IMG/VR virus record: IMGVR_UViG_3300022915_000001
Span: 9,210 to 73,209 of that record
DNA: 64,000 nucleotides
Origin: a virus
Taxonomy: Duplodnaviria > Caudoviricetes
Reading direction: 5' to 3' (one strand)
Of this stretch, positions 9,753 through 18,403 are shown in pieces; position 1 is the stretch's first letter, and the number at the start of each line of letters is the position of its first letter. The notes beneath the pieces were generated by a model that searched no databases, had not been told where the DNA came from, and saw only the letters and a program-made list of their open reading frames with translations. The position numbers and the translations under genes were made by a program.

Positions 9753-10730
9753 TTAGTAAGTGGCGGGTCCTCGTCCTCGTCCGTAGGGTCGGCGCATCAT
9801 CTGCTGTTGCCGCATCTGCTGCATCAGCCGCTCCCGTCCCATTCCCCGGTCGCCCTGCATCGCCTGAATGCTGCTCTGCGGAGCGGGGGGCGGGGGGGCC
9901 GGCTGATCGGCGGCTTCCTGCTGCTGGTCGGCGGCTCCGCGAGCCACGTCCACTTGCGACAACTGCCGGTCGTACTCACCGGCTTCTGACGGGACACCGC
10001 CAGCGGCGGCTCCGACTCCACCAGCGCCGTCGCCCATGTAGTCGCGCACGCCCATGTCTCCGCGAGTGCTCAACTCCTTCATCTGGGCGGCCATCCGGTC
10101 CCCGTCCACCGGACCCACGCCGTAAGACGCCACGCCCGTGGGCGGCGCCGGTCCCATCTGTTGGCTGCGGCGGTCGTAGGCGTTCCGCTCCATCTGCATC
10201 GCCCTCGCGTTCGCATCGGGACCGCCCTGAGCAGCCTGCAGGCTGCGTCCACCACCCATGCTTCCTACTGCCATCTGCGCGGCATTCTGCCACGCTGGGT
10301 TCGCTCCGCCGGGAGGCGCGGCCTGGATACTCGTGCCACCCGCCGGGGCTGGAGCGGCTGGAGCGGCTGGAGGCGGTGCAAAGCGGTTGGCTTGACCGGC
10401 AGCGGACCATGCCTGCGCTGCCGCCGGGGGCGGCGCTCCACCAGCCGGAGGAGGAGAAGCTGGAGCCGGGGGAGCACCGCCTACCGGAGGACGGACGGGC
10501 CCGCCGCCCATTCCTTGCCACCATCGACCACCGCCGCCGGGAGGGGGAGCGCCGGGAGGAGGAGCGCCAGCCGGTGGTTGACCGCCCATCGGGGGACCGC
10601 CCATCGCGCGTCCCATCGGACGCCGCGGCTGCGCCTGTCCTCCCATCGGGGCTTGCTGCATCCCCATCGGCTTCGGTTGAGCCGGGGCCGCACCGGCCGG
10701 CTGCATATCGTTGACCCACTCTGATGGCAT
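9753..10730 (-). CDS. Low-complexity P/A/G/Q/M-rich protein, 325 aa, probable ejection protein
   Basis: Tightly packed in the operon; composition suggests intrinsic disorder. Confidence 0.55.
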   Translation of the reverse strand: MPSEWVNDMQPAGAAPAQPKPMGMQQAPMGGQAQPRRPMGRAMGGPPMGGQPPAGAPPPGAPPPGGGGRWWQGMGGGPVRPPVGGAPPAPASPPPAGGAPPPAAAQAWSAAGQANRFAPPPAAPAAPAPAGGTSIQAAPPGGANPAWQNAAQMAVGSMGGGRSLQAAQGGPDANARAMQMERNAYDRRSQQMGPAPPTGVASYGVGPVDGDRMAAQMKELSTRGDMGVRDYMGDGAGGVGAAAGGVPSEAGEYDRQLSQVDVARGAADQQQEAADQPAPPPPAPQSSIQAMQGDRGMGRERLMQQMRQQQMMRRPYGRGRGPATY

Positions 10731-10739
10731 ATAAGGTTC

Positions 10740-12266
10740 CTATCTCTTGCCCATCGCCGTCTGGGCTGTTTTCCCGAATGCTCCGAGGCCGGTGGCGGTT
10801 CCAATACCGCCGATTGCCAAACTGCCGAGCTTCTCCCACAGTTTCGGCTGCGATTCTTTCGCCGCCTGTTGCGCGGTGGTTCCCTGCTGCTGGCCCGCCT
10901 GTTGCTGCCAAGCGTTCATCTGCCGGTCGTACTCGCCGCTTTCCTCTTGCGCCGCCTGCTGCTGCGCGGCGTTCATCCACTGACGGCCCTCTTGCGCATC
11001 TGCCGCCCTGCGGTCGGCCACGGTCTGAGCGCCGCGGGTCTTGGCTTGCTGGATGCCCATGCCCTGGCCGTAACGCTGTTCCTGGTTGGCCCTCGTCTGC
11101 GCTTGGCGGTCCATCGTGTTCCCCAGCTTGCGGGACTGCGTGTCGCGCTCGATGCCGGTCGCCATCTCGGTCCCTAGACTCGTGCCGTACTGGCGCTGCT
11201 GCTGGCCGCGCTGGGCCGCGCCTTCTTCGACGCCGATCCCCGCTCGGCCAAGCTCGGAAGCCGCGCCGAGACCGGCCTTGCCGAGCTCTGAGGCAACCTG
11301 GAGCCGCGTGCCTTGCTTCGCCTTCTCGGCGGCGAGCCGCTGGTCCTCCATGCCGAAACGGTTCTGGAATTCAAACCCACCGGCTTCCATCGCCGCGCGT
11401 GCCGCTCGGTCGGAGGCCGACTCTTCGCCGCGCAAGCGGAATTCCTCGGCGGTCCCGGCGCGTCCCGCGCGTGCCGCCCCGGCGGCTACCTTGGCCCTGA
11501 GCATGGCATCGCCGCGGTCCACGGCGCTGCCTCGCTCGAGCCGGTCGCGCATCGCGCCTATGCCGAGCGCACTCGCGCCCGCGGCTCTGGCACGCCGAGC
11601 CGAATCGTCAGCCGCCGCGCGATAGCCTTCCCCAACTGTGTTCCCCGCCACGTCGAGAGTTTGCTGGTACTCCTCGGGGGACATGCGGATCGTGTCGAGC
11701 GCCCCCGCATCGGCACGCAGGAGCCGGGGATCGACCGCCGCACGCCGGTCAGCGCCGGTCTGCCCGATCGTGGCTTGCTGTTGCGCCGTATACGCGGGAT
11801 CAATCGACTGGCCCGTCTCGTCGCCGATCGCGCCGGTCATCGAAGTCCGGTAGTCGCCCATCGCGCCGGTCACGTCGCTCCGGTAGCCGCCCATTGAGCC
11901 GCGCACGCGATCACTGTCGCTGGCGGTTTGCGCCTCCATCGCGTCCTTGTCGAAGTAGACCGCGCGGGACCACGGGTCGCCAACGGCATCGTTCTGCTCT
12001 TGCTGCGTGCGGAGGTTGGACTGGTACTCCTCGGGCGTCGTGGCAAGACCGCCGTAGTCGCCCTGGATCGCGGCGGCTTCCTCGGGCGAATAGCCGCCCT
12101 GGCCCGCGATCATGGGGTTGTAGACTTCTTCCTGCTGTTGCTGTTTCTGGCCGCGCCGCTGGCGCTGGACCCAGGCTCGCTGTTCGGCCTCGGAGTTGAA
12201 TCGGTTGCCCCGCTCCTGAGCTAGCTGCCGGTCCTGCTCGTTGTACTTCTCTGACTTGCTTGCCAC
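10740..12266 (-). CDS. Probable ejection/DNA pilot protein, 508 aa
   Basis: A/G/Q/R-rich helical sequence with a hydrophobic Gly-rich C-terminus (LGSLAIGGIGTATGLGAFG), typical of P22 gp7/gp20-like proteins. Confidence 0.55.
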   Translation of the reverse strand: MASKSEKYNEQDRQLAQERGNRFNSEAEQRAWVQRQRRGQKQQQQEEVYNPMIAGQGGYSPEEAAAIQGDYGGLATTPEEYQSNLRTQQEQNDAVGDPWSRAVYFDKDAMEAQTASDSDRVRGSMGGYRSDVTGAMGDYRTSMTGAIGDETGQSIDPAYTAQQQATIGQTGADRRAAVDPRLLRADAGALDTIRMSPEEYQQTLDVAGNTVGEGYRAAADDSARRARAAGASALGIGAMRDRLERGSAVDRGDAMLRAKVAAGAARAGRAGTAEEFRLRGEESASDRAARAAMEAGGFEFQNRFGMEDQRLAAEKAKQGTRLQVASELGKAGLGAASELGRAGIGVEEGAAQRGQQQRQYGTSLGTEMATGIERDTQSRKLGNTMDRQAQTRANQEQRYGQGMGIQQAKTRGAQTVADRRAADAQEGRQWMNAAQQQAAQEESGEYDRQMNAWQQQAGQQQGTTAQQAAKESQPKLWEKLGSLAIGGIGTATGLGAFGKTAQTAMGKR

Positions 12267-12305
12267 GGGCTATTCCTCTTCGTTAAACATTACCACCGGG
12301 AATTG

Positions 12306-12494
12306 TCATTTGAGCCGGGGAACCGTGCCGCCGGGGAGCAGCCCGAAAACTGAGAGCAGCCAGATGCACAGGAAGAGGATGACCACGATATTGAGGATGG
12401 TCTTAATCGGCGCTGCCATCGGGACATACGTGTTCACGAGGTAGAGGATCACGCCGATCACTACGATCAGGACCAGCAACTGAATGATTGGCAT
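12306..12494 (-). CDS. Small two-TM membrane protein resembling the Thivi_2564 family; possible holin
   Basis: IQLLVLIVVIGVILYLVNTYVPMAAPIKTILNIVVILFLCIWLLSVFG: two hydrophobic helices around a 'YVPM' turn. Confidence 0.65.
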   Translation of the reverse strand: MPIIQLLVLIVVIGVILYLVNTYVPMAAPIKTILNIVVILFLCIWLLSVFGLLPGGTVPRLK

Positions 12495-12613
12495 ACGGGT
12501 TCCTTTCTTTTACAGGGCGGCCGGAAGTGTCTGAAGACCGCCCCGCCTCGCTGGTCTGTGCATACGGAGATTAGGAAATACAACCAGCGAGTTGCCAACA
12601 AGTCTACTCCTCG

Positions 12614-13096
12614 CTAAACGGAGAAGCCCGCATCGCGCAGTTCGGCGGTGCGCTGCTCGGTAGCGGCAATTGCACCGTCCTTGTCGTAATCGAAGGCCCA
12701 CCATCCCGCGCTGTAGATCTCGTAGAGGTCCGCGCCGTTGGTGACCACGAGCCAGTATTGCGGGACCGTGACGTAGCCGTCAGGCGTGGGAGCCACGATA
12801 TCGAAGGTGAGACCGGCCCACTGCGTCTTGGCCCAGTGGAGCACCTGGTCTGCGGTTTCCGGTGTGCAGTAATCGACGGGATTGAGGGGATACACCGGCT
12901 GCTCGAAGCCATAGCCCAGGTTGATACTCCAGGGGCGCTCGTAAGTGGAAGGCCCGACTTCCTGGCGCGTGACCGTGTAATAGAGGCGCTTCGTCCACGG
13001 GCTGTAGAGGAAGCCCTTCATCGCCCTGACGAGGATCTTCGAGGGATCGAGCGGCACGGGTTCGGGGGGCGGTGTGTTCTTTGCGGAGGGTTTCAT
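12614..13096 (-). CDS. Hypothetical protein, 160 aa
   Basis: Protein-like, aromatic-rich ORF in the operon, SD AGAAAGAAGGAACC. Confidence 0.7.
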   Translation of the reverse strand: MKPSAKNTPPPEPVPLDPSKILVRAMKGFLYSPWTKRLYYTVTRQEVGPSTYERPWSINLGYGFEQPVYPLNPVDYCTPETADQVLHWAKTQWAGLTFDIVAPTPDGYVTVPQYWLVVTNGADLYEIYSAGWWAFDYDKDGAIAATEQRTAELRDAGFSV

Positions 13097-13118
13097 GGTT
13101 CCTTCTTTCTAATGGTCT

Positions 13119-13529
13119 CTAGAGACCGTTTGCGGACTTTCTCTTGGCGAGGGCCGGCCCCGGCGGCGGGATTGGCGCGTCTTCGCCGGCCTCGAGCGCG
13201 TTGCGGAAGCTCTTGAGGAGCGGCCTGATGAAGCGATCATCGCCGGGGCGGTAGTTCTTCCACTCGGTGAGGAGCGCCACGGCGCGTCGGATCTCGGCGG
13301 CGGTCAGGTCTACATCGAGGACCGGCGCTTGCGCGATCCGGTCGAGGTGCAGGTACGCGCCGCCCTGCGGAATGGGAGTCTCATAGAGGCCCAGTTCGTT
13401 CTGAGGCAATTCGATCTTGTACAGCAATTCGGTCGCGATCATGCGCTTCTCGTCTTCGAGGCCGCCTGAGTCCTGGCCGATCAGCGCGAGCAGATAGAGC
13501 CGCGCCCGCATCGGAATTTCAATCTGCAT
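13119..13529 (-). CDS. Hypothetical protein, possible tailspike chaperone
   Basis: Directly downstream of the tailspike; start MQIEIPMRARL. Confidence 0.6.
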   Translation of the reverse strand: MQIEIPMRARLYLLALIGQDSGGLEDEKRMIATELLYKIELPQNELGLYETPIPQGGAYLHLDRIAQAPVLDVDLTAAEIRRAVALLTEWKNYRPGDDRFIRPLLKSFRNALEAGEDAPIPPPGPALAKRKSANGL

Positions 13530-13537
13530 AAGTTCTC

Positions 13538-16500
13538 CTAAGTTACCTGCCAAATGATGCCGCCCTTGAAGTACATGTAGTTCTTCGGCTGGCCGTTGAG
13601 TTGAAACCCTTGCGGGAAATAGAGAGTATAGTCCTGCCCATAATACCCGCCGCTGATCTGATACGAAGCCGCCACGCAGTTACCGCTCGCGATCATGTGA
13701 CCACTCGTATTGATGCCGCCATATCCGACAAACTGCCGCGAGTTGTTGATCACGTCGCTTCCGCCGATCTGGTACACGCCGTTGCCGCCGCCGCCCGAAC
13801 CGGCGTTGAACCCGCCATAGGTTTGAATCGAATTCCTCGCCTGCTGGCCGGTGCAGTTGAACCCACCGGAAGGTCCGGTGGTCGTGATCACGCCATACGC
13901 GGTGAGATCACCTTGCCCGTTCACCACGAAATTCCCGTTGCTGTTGTTGAACGTGTAACTGTAGCCGCTGTTGGTCGCGGTCCAGGAAGGCTGCGTCGTC
14001 GAAGTGATTCCGCTGAAGGTGCCGGTGGCGATCGTCTGCCAGCCTGAAGAAATGTAGATCTTCGCCACGCCCACGCTGGTGTCGTAGAACAGACACCCGA
14101 ATTGCAGGGAATCCCCGCCGGTAAAGGCGATGCCCTGCCCATAATTCTGGCCGATCTGGGTGTATACCGCCGCGCGGTGCGAACGCGCGTAGGAGCCGCC
14201 GTTCCCGGCATTCACCGCGTCGAAGCCAGCATAGGGCGAATAGAACTGGTTGGCCTGCACGGAGCCGCCCGTAACGAGGCGAATCGACGCTGGGCTGGTA
14301 TGGCCGTAGATCAGAAATGGAGCATTACCCCCGCTGTAATCAACCCACTGCTGCGAACCATCGGCGCCAGTGCGGAATCCCCACTGGCGCCAGGGCGAGT
14401 TCATCAGGTACTGCCACTCTCCGTCTCCGACATTGGAATAAAATCTCACGGCGCTGATGACGCCGCTGGAACTGACCGAACCCCAGGTGGTGCCCGTGGC
14501 CGTGATGTTCGGCACGGTGAGCGTGTCGGAAGAGTCGTTGTAGTAGAAGGCAGCCTCGGCTCCGAAATAGCCGCTGTTGTTGTACTGCACCATCGAGTGC
14601 GTGCCGGCCGCGAGGGCGCTGGTCACCAGGGGACCGTAGGGTTGACCGCCCGTCGAGATATACAGCACGCCGTTGGTATTGGCGTAGAGCCGCACTTGGC
14701 CGCCCGTCGAGCGATCCGGTTCCGATCTTTGCAGGAAGAGCAGCGATTCGTTGGCGGCGATCCACCGCGCAGTCACGCCGCCGCTCTGGGCATTCACCGC
14801 GAGGGCGCTGGCGCTATCGGTAAAGAATCCGCCCTGCGATTGGACCCATCCGCCGGTAACCGTGAGTCCAGGTTGACCGGCATACGTGTTCAGGTACATC
14901 TGGAACGCCGTTTTATGCCAATAGAAGTTGGGATGCCCACCGAAACTGCCGGCATCGTTGTATTGGATGGCTCCGTCTGAACTGGCAGGAAGCGTCCCGG
15001 TCCCAAAAGGCCCCCACGCGGCTCCATTCGACGAGATGTACATCTGCCCGCCCGAACTCGCGTAGAGCCGCACCTGAGGAGGGCTGGCAGTGGACAATGC
15101 GGGAGGCGCACCCAATCCCGTGAAGACCAGCGACTCGCTGGCCCCTAGCCACTTACCGAGAACCGCGCCTTCCGGAGCCTGGATAGCGTTCCCGGTATTG
15201 AACGTCAGGAACCCGCCCTCGCTCTGAATCCAGCCGCCCGAGGTGCTGATCGCCGGGGCCGTTGGCGCACAAGTGATGTAGAGTCGATTCACTCCCTCGT
15301 CCCAGAAGAAATTGGCGTCCCCGCCGAACTGCCCGCCGCGGTTGTACTGGACGCTGCCTTCCGGGGCGCCGGGGGGCGTGTTCCCGAATGGCCCGTAGGG
15401 AGCGGTATTCGACGAGACGTACAACTGTCCGCTCACGGCGGCATAGATCCGCACCTGTCCAGGACCGGAGACCGGCGGCTGCGTGCGCCCGATGAAGATC
15501 AGCGAGTCTTGCGCGATCAGCCACTGGCCGGTGACGCCGCCAGCCGGCGCCTGAACAGCGTTCGTCGCGCCGCTCGAAGCCGCGAAGCCGAGCGCGAAGC
15601 AACTCACGTCGACGAGGTCGGTGTTCTGGGTCGCCTGATTGTACTGGCCTGTGCGGAAATTGAAGATCTTGTTCGGGTCGTCGTAGTTGATGACGCCGTT
15701 ATCCAAGAACGTGTCGTTGATCGTGGGAACCGGCGCGGCGTTCGATCCCCAGGTGATGTAGTTCTTGATGGTCGCCGACAGAGCGTACACGCCGCCGTTT
15801 GAAGCCTGGATGGCGTTGTAGGTGGTAGCGGTCGCAGGCATCGCCACGAACCCTTGCGCCGATTGAATGTACCCGCCGGTCACATTGATGCCGGGCAGTG
15901 CCGCAGTGCCGTATATCGTGAGCCGCTTGGCGCTCTCGGTGTAGATGAAATCGGCGCTGCCTCCGAACGCGCCCGCGCGGTTGAACTGCACCGAATCCAC
16001 CGGATCGGCCGGCTTGGCCGTCGAGCCGCCGCCGCCTGCGGAGAAGTCGGTCCAGATCCTCGGCCCCGCCGCGCCGCCGCCTTCGACCGACTGTTGCCAC
16101 TTGGCGAGCAAGCCGTCCCAGCGCAGGAGCGCCCAGCCGTTGGGATGAGTGCTCGGAAGCATATCGGCTTCGACTTCCCAGTACGTCGAATCGCCCAGCG
16201 CCAGGAACCCGCTCGCCGAAAGGTTACCCGTGGCCATCGCGTTGCCATACGGCAATTGCGTGACGCTGCCGGTGGTGATGCAGCCGCCCTCGGCCACCAC
16301 CTCGGGCGGCCCAGGTCCGGTCTCGGAGACGTTGAGCAGGGGACCGCGTGCGCCCTGTGCGCGGTACATGTTCAGCGACATGTGGATGTTTCCCCACGGG
16401 TCACTGTCCTGCGCGTAGAAGCGGAGCGACGAGCCTTCGCCGATTCCTTCCCGCGCGATCCCGTGGCGGGAAGAGTAGCTCGCCACGGCCTCGGTGGTGA

Positions 16501-18154
16501 AGTGAATGGCGCACTTGGTGTCGGTGTTCGGGTCGCGCTTGAACTCGAAGACGTTGGGACCACCCAGGCAGACGTTCTTCACCACGCGATTCATATCGGC
16601 CGGCGTGAAGGGCCGGTACGTGGGATCTTCAAAGATCGCCGGGGCCGGTTGGGCGGGATTGAAGTGAATGCTGTTCTCGGTGACGAGGTTGTCCCGCGCC
16701 ACTTGATTCGAGCCGGTGAGCAGACCGCCGATCATGATCGGGTTCTGGCCGGGGGCGTCGGGCGCGATGATCAGGTTATTTTGCGCTTGGCACTTGCGTG
16801 CGGCGTAGAGGCCGATCGCCGTGCCGCCCAGGTTGTCGCAGAAGTTGCCAGAGATGGTGACGCCGAGGCCGCCTTCCTTATCGGCGGTGTTACCGAGCAC
16901 GATGCCTTGGGACCAGTTCGCCCCCGCGCCGCCGGGGCCGAACCCGGAGCCGATCGAGTCCTCGCTGTACTCCGGTTCGCCGGGGCGCGAGACGCGGATC
17001 GAGTTGCCGGTGATCGTCCCGTAGGCGAAGCCGTCCCCGTTGATCGCGCCGCCGTTCACGTTGAGGAACGAGTTGTTCGCGTAGTTCACCAGCTTGACGA
17101 CGCCTGAGGTGTCGAGTCCGGTCGCGTTGAGATTAGGCAACCACCGCGGCACGCCGGCCGAGGTGTCGTCCGAGCAGATGTAGCCGATCCTGCGGAACGA
17201 GTTGCCGATCGCCGAGCCGCCGATCACGTTGCCAAAGAGGATGCCGTCGAGGCCGCAGTCGAGGAACGAGTTGTAGTCGACGTGGATCTGCTGGTGGAAG
17301 GAGTCAAAGCCGTAGCCGTGCTGCCAGACGCAGTTGCCGGTGTTCCGCTCGAAGCGGTTGTTGGACACGTTGAGGTCGGACACCTTGGTGGAGGAGCCGC
17401 CGGTCGCCTGGTTCTGCCCAAGGATGCCGCCGGTCCAGGAGCCGTAGATCGAGGCGCTGCCGGCGAGGAGTTCGGGGAAGTGCCGCTCCCAGTCGATCTT
17501 GACGCCGCGCACGCGCCGCATCGCGTCCATCATGTCGGCCACCGCCGTGCCGAACGTGTGAGGCCGGTTGTTGCGGAGCATCCCGTGATGGATCTTGACG
17601 CGCTTCACATTGAGGAGCCGCGCGTCGAGGAGGATCGCGTAGCCGCCCGTGTGCTCGATGTGGACGCCGTTCCATTCGAGGTCTTCGCCGCCGTGGACCC
17701 AGAAGCTCGTGTTCAAGGTGAGCAGCGGGTGCATCGGGTTGCTCGAGAATTCGGAGTAGAGCAGACCCACCGAGGTGGTCGTCGTGCCATCGACCAGGAA
17801 GTTGTGGAAGGAGAGGTTCTTCGCGTTGGAGAGATTGAACAGCGCCTTGTCGGCGGGGAGCGCGGCGCCGCGCGTGACCTTGGAACTGCGGCCCTGGCCG
17901 AGCCACGAGATCGGCACGTCCGAATCGAGTTCGATCGGCGTGTTCAGCTTGTAGCTCATCCCCGGCGTGCCGACTCCGGGGATGGTGATCGAGCCGCCGC
18001 CCTTGCCGACAACGGAGTCATACGCCATCTGGAACGCCGCGCTGCAATCGGCCACGCCGTCCGAGACCGCGCCGAAATCCTTCACCGACACCCGCTCGCC
18101 GTGCTTGGCCCACGGGTCGCGCTCGATGGAGTCGGGATATACGATGACTGCCAT
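13538..18154 (-). CDS. Tailspike/tail fibre, 1538 aa, with an N-terminal pectate-lyase-like beta-helix and repeated fibre modules
   Basis: RVSVKDFGAVSDGVADCSAAFQMA (pectate_lyase_3-like start), Asn/Gly ladder repeats, and four VQ(F/Y)NxxGxFG(G/A) repeats. Confidence 0.85.
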   Translation of the reverse strand: MAVIVYPDSIERDPWAKHGERVSVKDFGAVSDGVADCSAAFQMAYDSVVGKGGGSITIPGVGTPGMSYKLNTPIELDSDVPISWLGQGRSSKVTRGAALPADKALFNLSNAKNLSFHNFLVDGTTTTSVGLLYSEFSSNPMHPLLTLNTSFWVHGGEDLEWNGVHIEHTGGYAILLDARLLNVKRVKIHHGMLRNNRPHTFGTAVADMMDAMRRVRGVKIDWERHFPELLAGSASIYGSWTGGILGQNQATGGSSTKVSDLNVSNNRFERNTGNCVWQHGYGFDSFHQQIHVDYNSFLDCGLDGILFGNVIGGSAIGNSFRRIGYICSDDTSAGVPRWLPNLNATGLDTSGVVKLVNYANNSFLNVNGGAINGDGFAYGTITGNSIRVSRPGEPEYSEDSIGSGFGPGGAGANWSQGIVLGNTADKEGGLGVTISGNFCDNLGGTAIGLYAARKCQAQNNLIIAPDAPGQNPIMIGGLLTGSNQVARDNLVTENSIHFNPAQPAPAIFEDPTYRPFTPADMNRVVKNVCLGGPNVFEFKRDPNTDTKCAIHFTTEAVASYSSRHGIAREGIGEGSSLRFYAQDSDPWGNIHMSLNMYRAQGARGPLLNVSETGPGPPEVVAEGGCITTGSVTQLPYGNAMATGNLSASGFLALGDSTYWEVEADMLPSTHPNGWALLRWDGLLAKWQQSVEGGGAAGPRIWTDFSAGGGGSTAKPADPVDSVQFNRAGAFGGSADFIYTESAKRLTIYGTAALPGINVTGGYIQSAQGFVAMPATATTYNAIQASNGGVYALSATIKNYITWGSNAAPVPTINDTFLDNGVINYDDPNKIFNFRTGQYNQATQNTDLVDVSCFALGFAASSGATNAVQAPAGGVTGQWLIAQDSLIFIGRTQPPVSGPGQVRIYAAVSGQLYVSSNTAPYGPFGNTPPGAPEGSVQYNRGGQFGGDANFFWDEGVNRLYITCAPTAPAISTSGGWIQSEGGFLTFNTGNAIQAPEGAVLGKWLGASESLVFTGLGAPPALSTASPPQVRLYASSGGQMYISSNGAAWGPFGTGTLPASSDGAIQYNDAGSFGGHPNFYWHKTAFQMYLNTYAGQPGLTVTGGWVQSQGGFFTDSASALAVNAQSGGVTARWIAANESLLFLQRSEPDRSTGGQVRLYANTNGVLYISTGGQPYGPLVTSALAAGTHSMVQYNNSGYFGAEAAFYYNDSSDTLTVPNITATGTTWGSVSSSGVISAVRFYSNVGDGEWQYLMNSPWRQWGFRTGADGSQQWVDYSGGNAPFLIYGHTSPASIRLVTGGSVQANQFYSPYAGFDAVNAGNGGSYARSHRAAVYTQIGQNYGQGIAFTGGDSLQFGCLFYDTSVGVAKIYISSGWQTIATGTFSGITSTTQPSWTATNSGYSYTFNNSNGNFVVNGQGDLTAYGVITTTGPSGGFNCTGQQARNSIQTYGGFNAGSGGGGNGVYQIGGSDVINNSRQFVGYGGINTSGHMIASGNCVAASYQISGGYYGQDYTLYFPQGFQLNGQPKNYMYFKGGIIWQVT

Positions 18155-18157
18155 CGG

Positions 18158-18391
18158 TTATGGCTCCCAGGAAATTCTGCCGGTCGTCGGCTGAACCGGC
18201 GGCGGTTCGCCTGGTTCGTTGATGATGGTGGTCCCGCCCACTTCCAGGTTGTTCACCCAGCCCGCGGTTCGCGCCACGTTTCCGTCGAGGCGGTCCAAAG
18301 CCTCGGCCACCAACGCGAAGGTTCCGCGCGTGCGGATCGAATTCACGTCTGGGCGAATCGACGTGACGATCAGCTTGTCAGCAGCAGCCAT
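18158..18391 (-). CDS. Small hypothetical virion protein, 77 aa
   Basis: Packed between tail genes. Confidence 0.55.
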   Translation of the reverse strand: MAAADKLIVTSIRPDVNSIRTRGTFALVAEALDRLDGNVARTAGWVNNLEVGGTTIINEPGEPPPVQPTTGRISWEP

Positions 18392-18403
18392 TTCTGGATA
18401 GTA

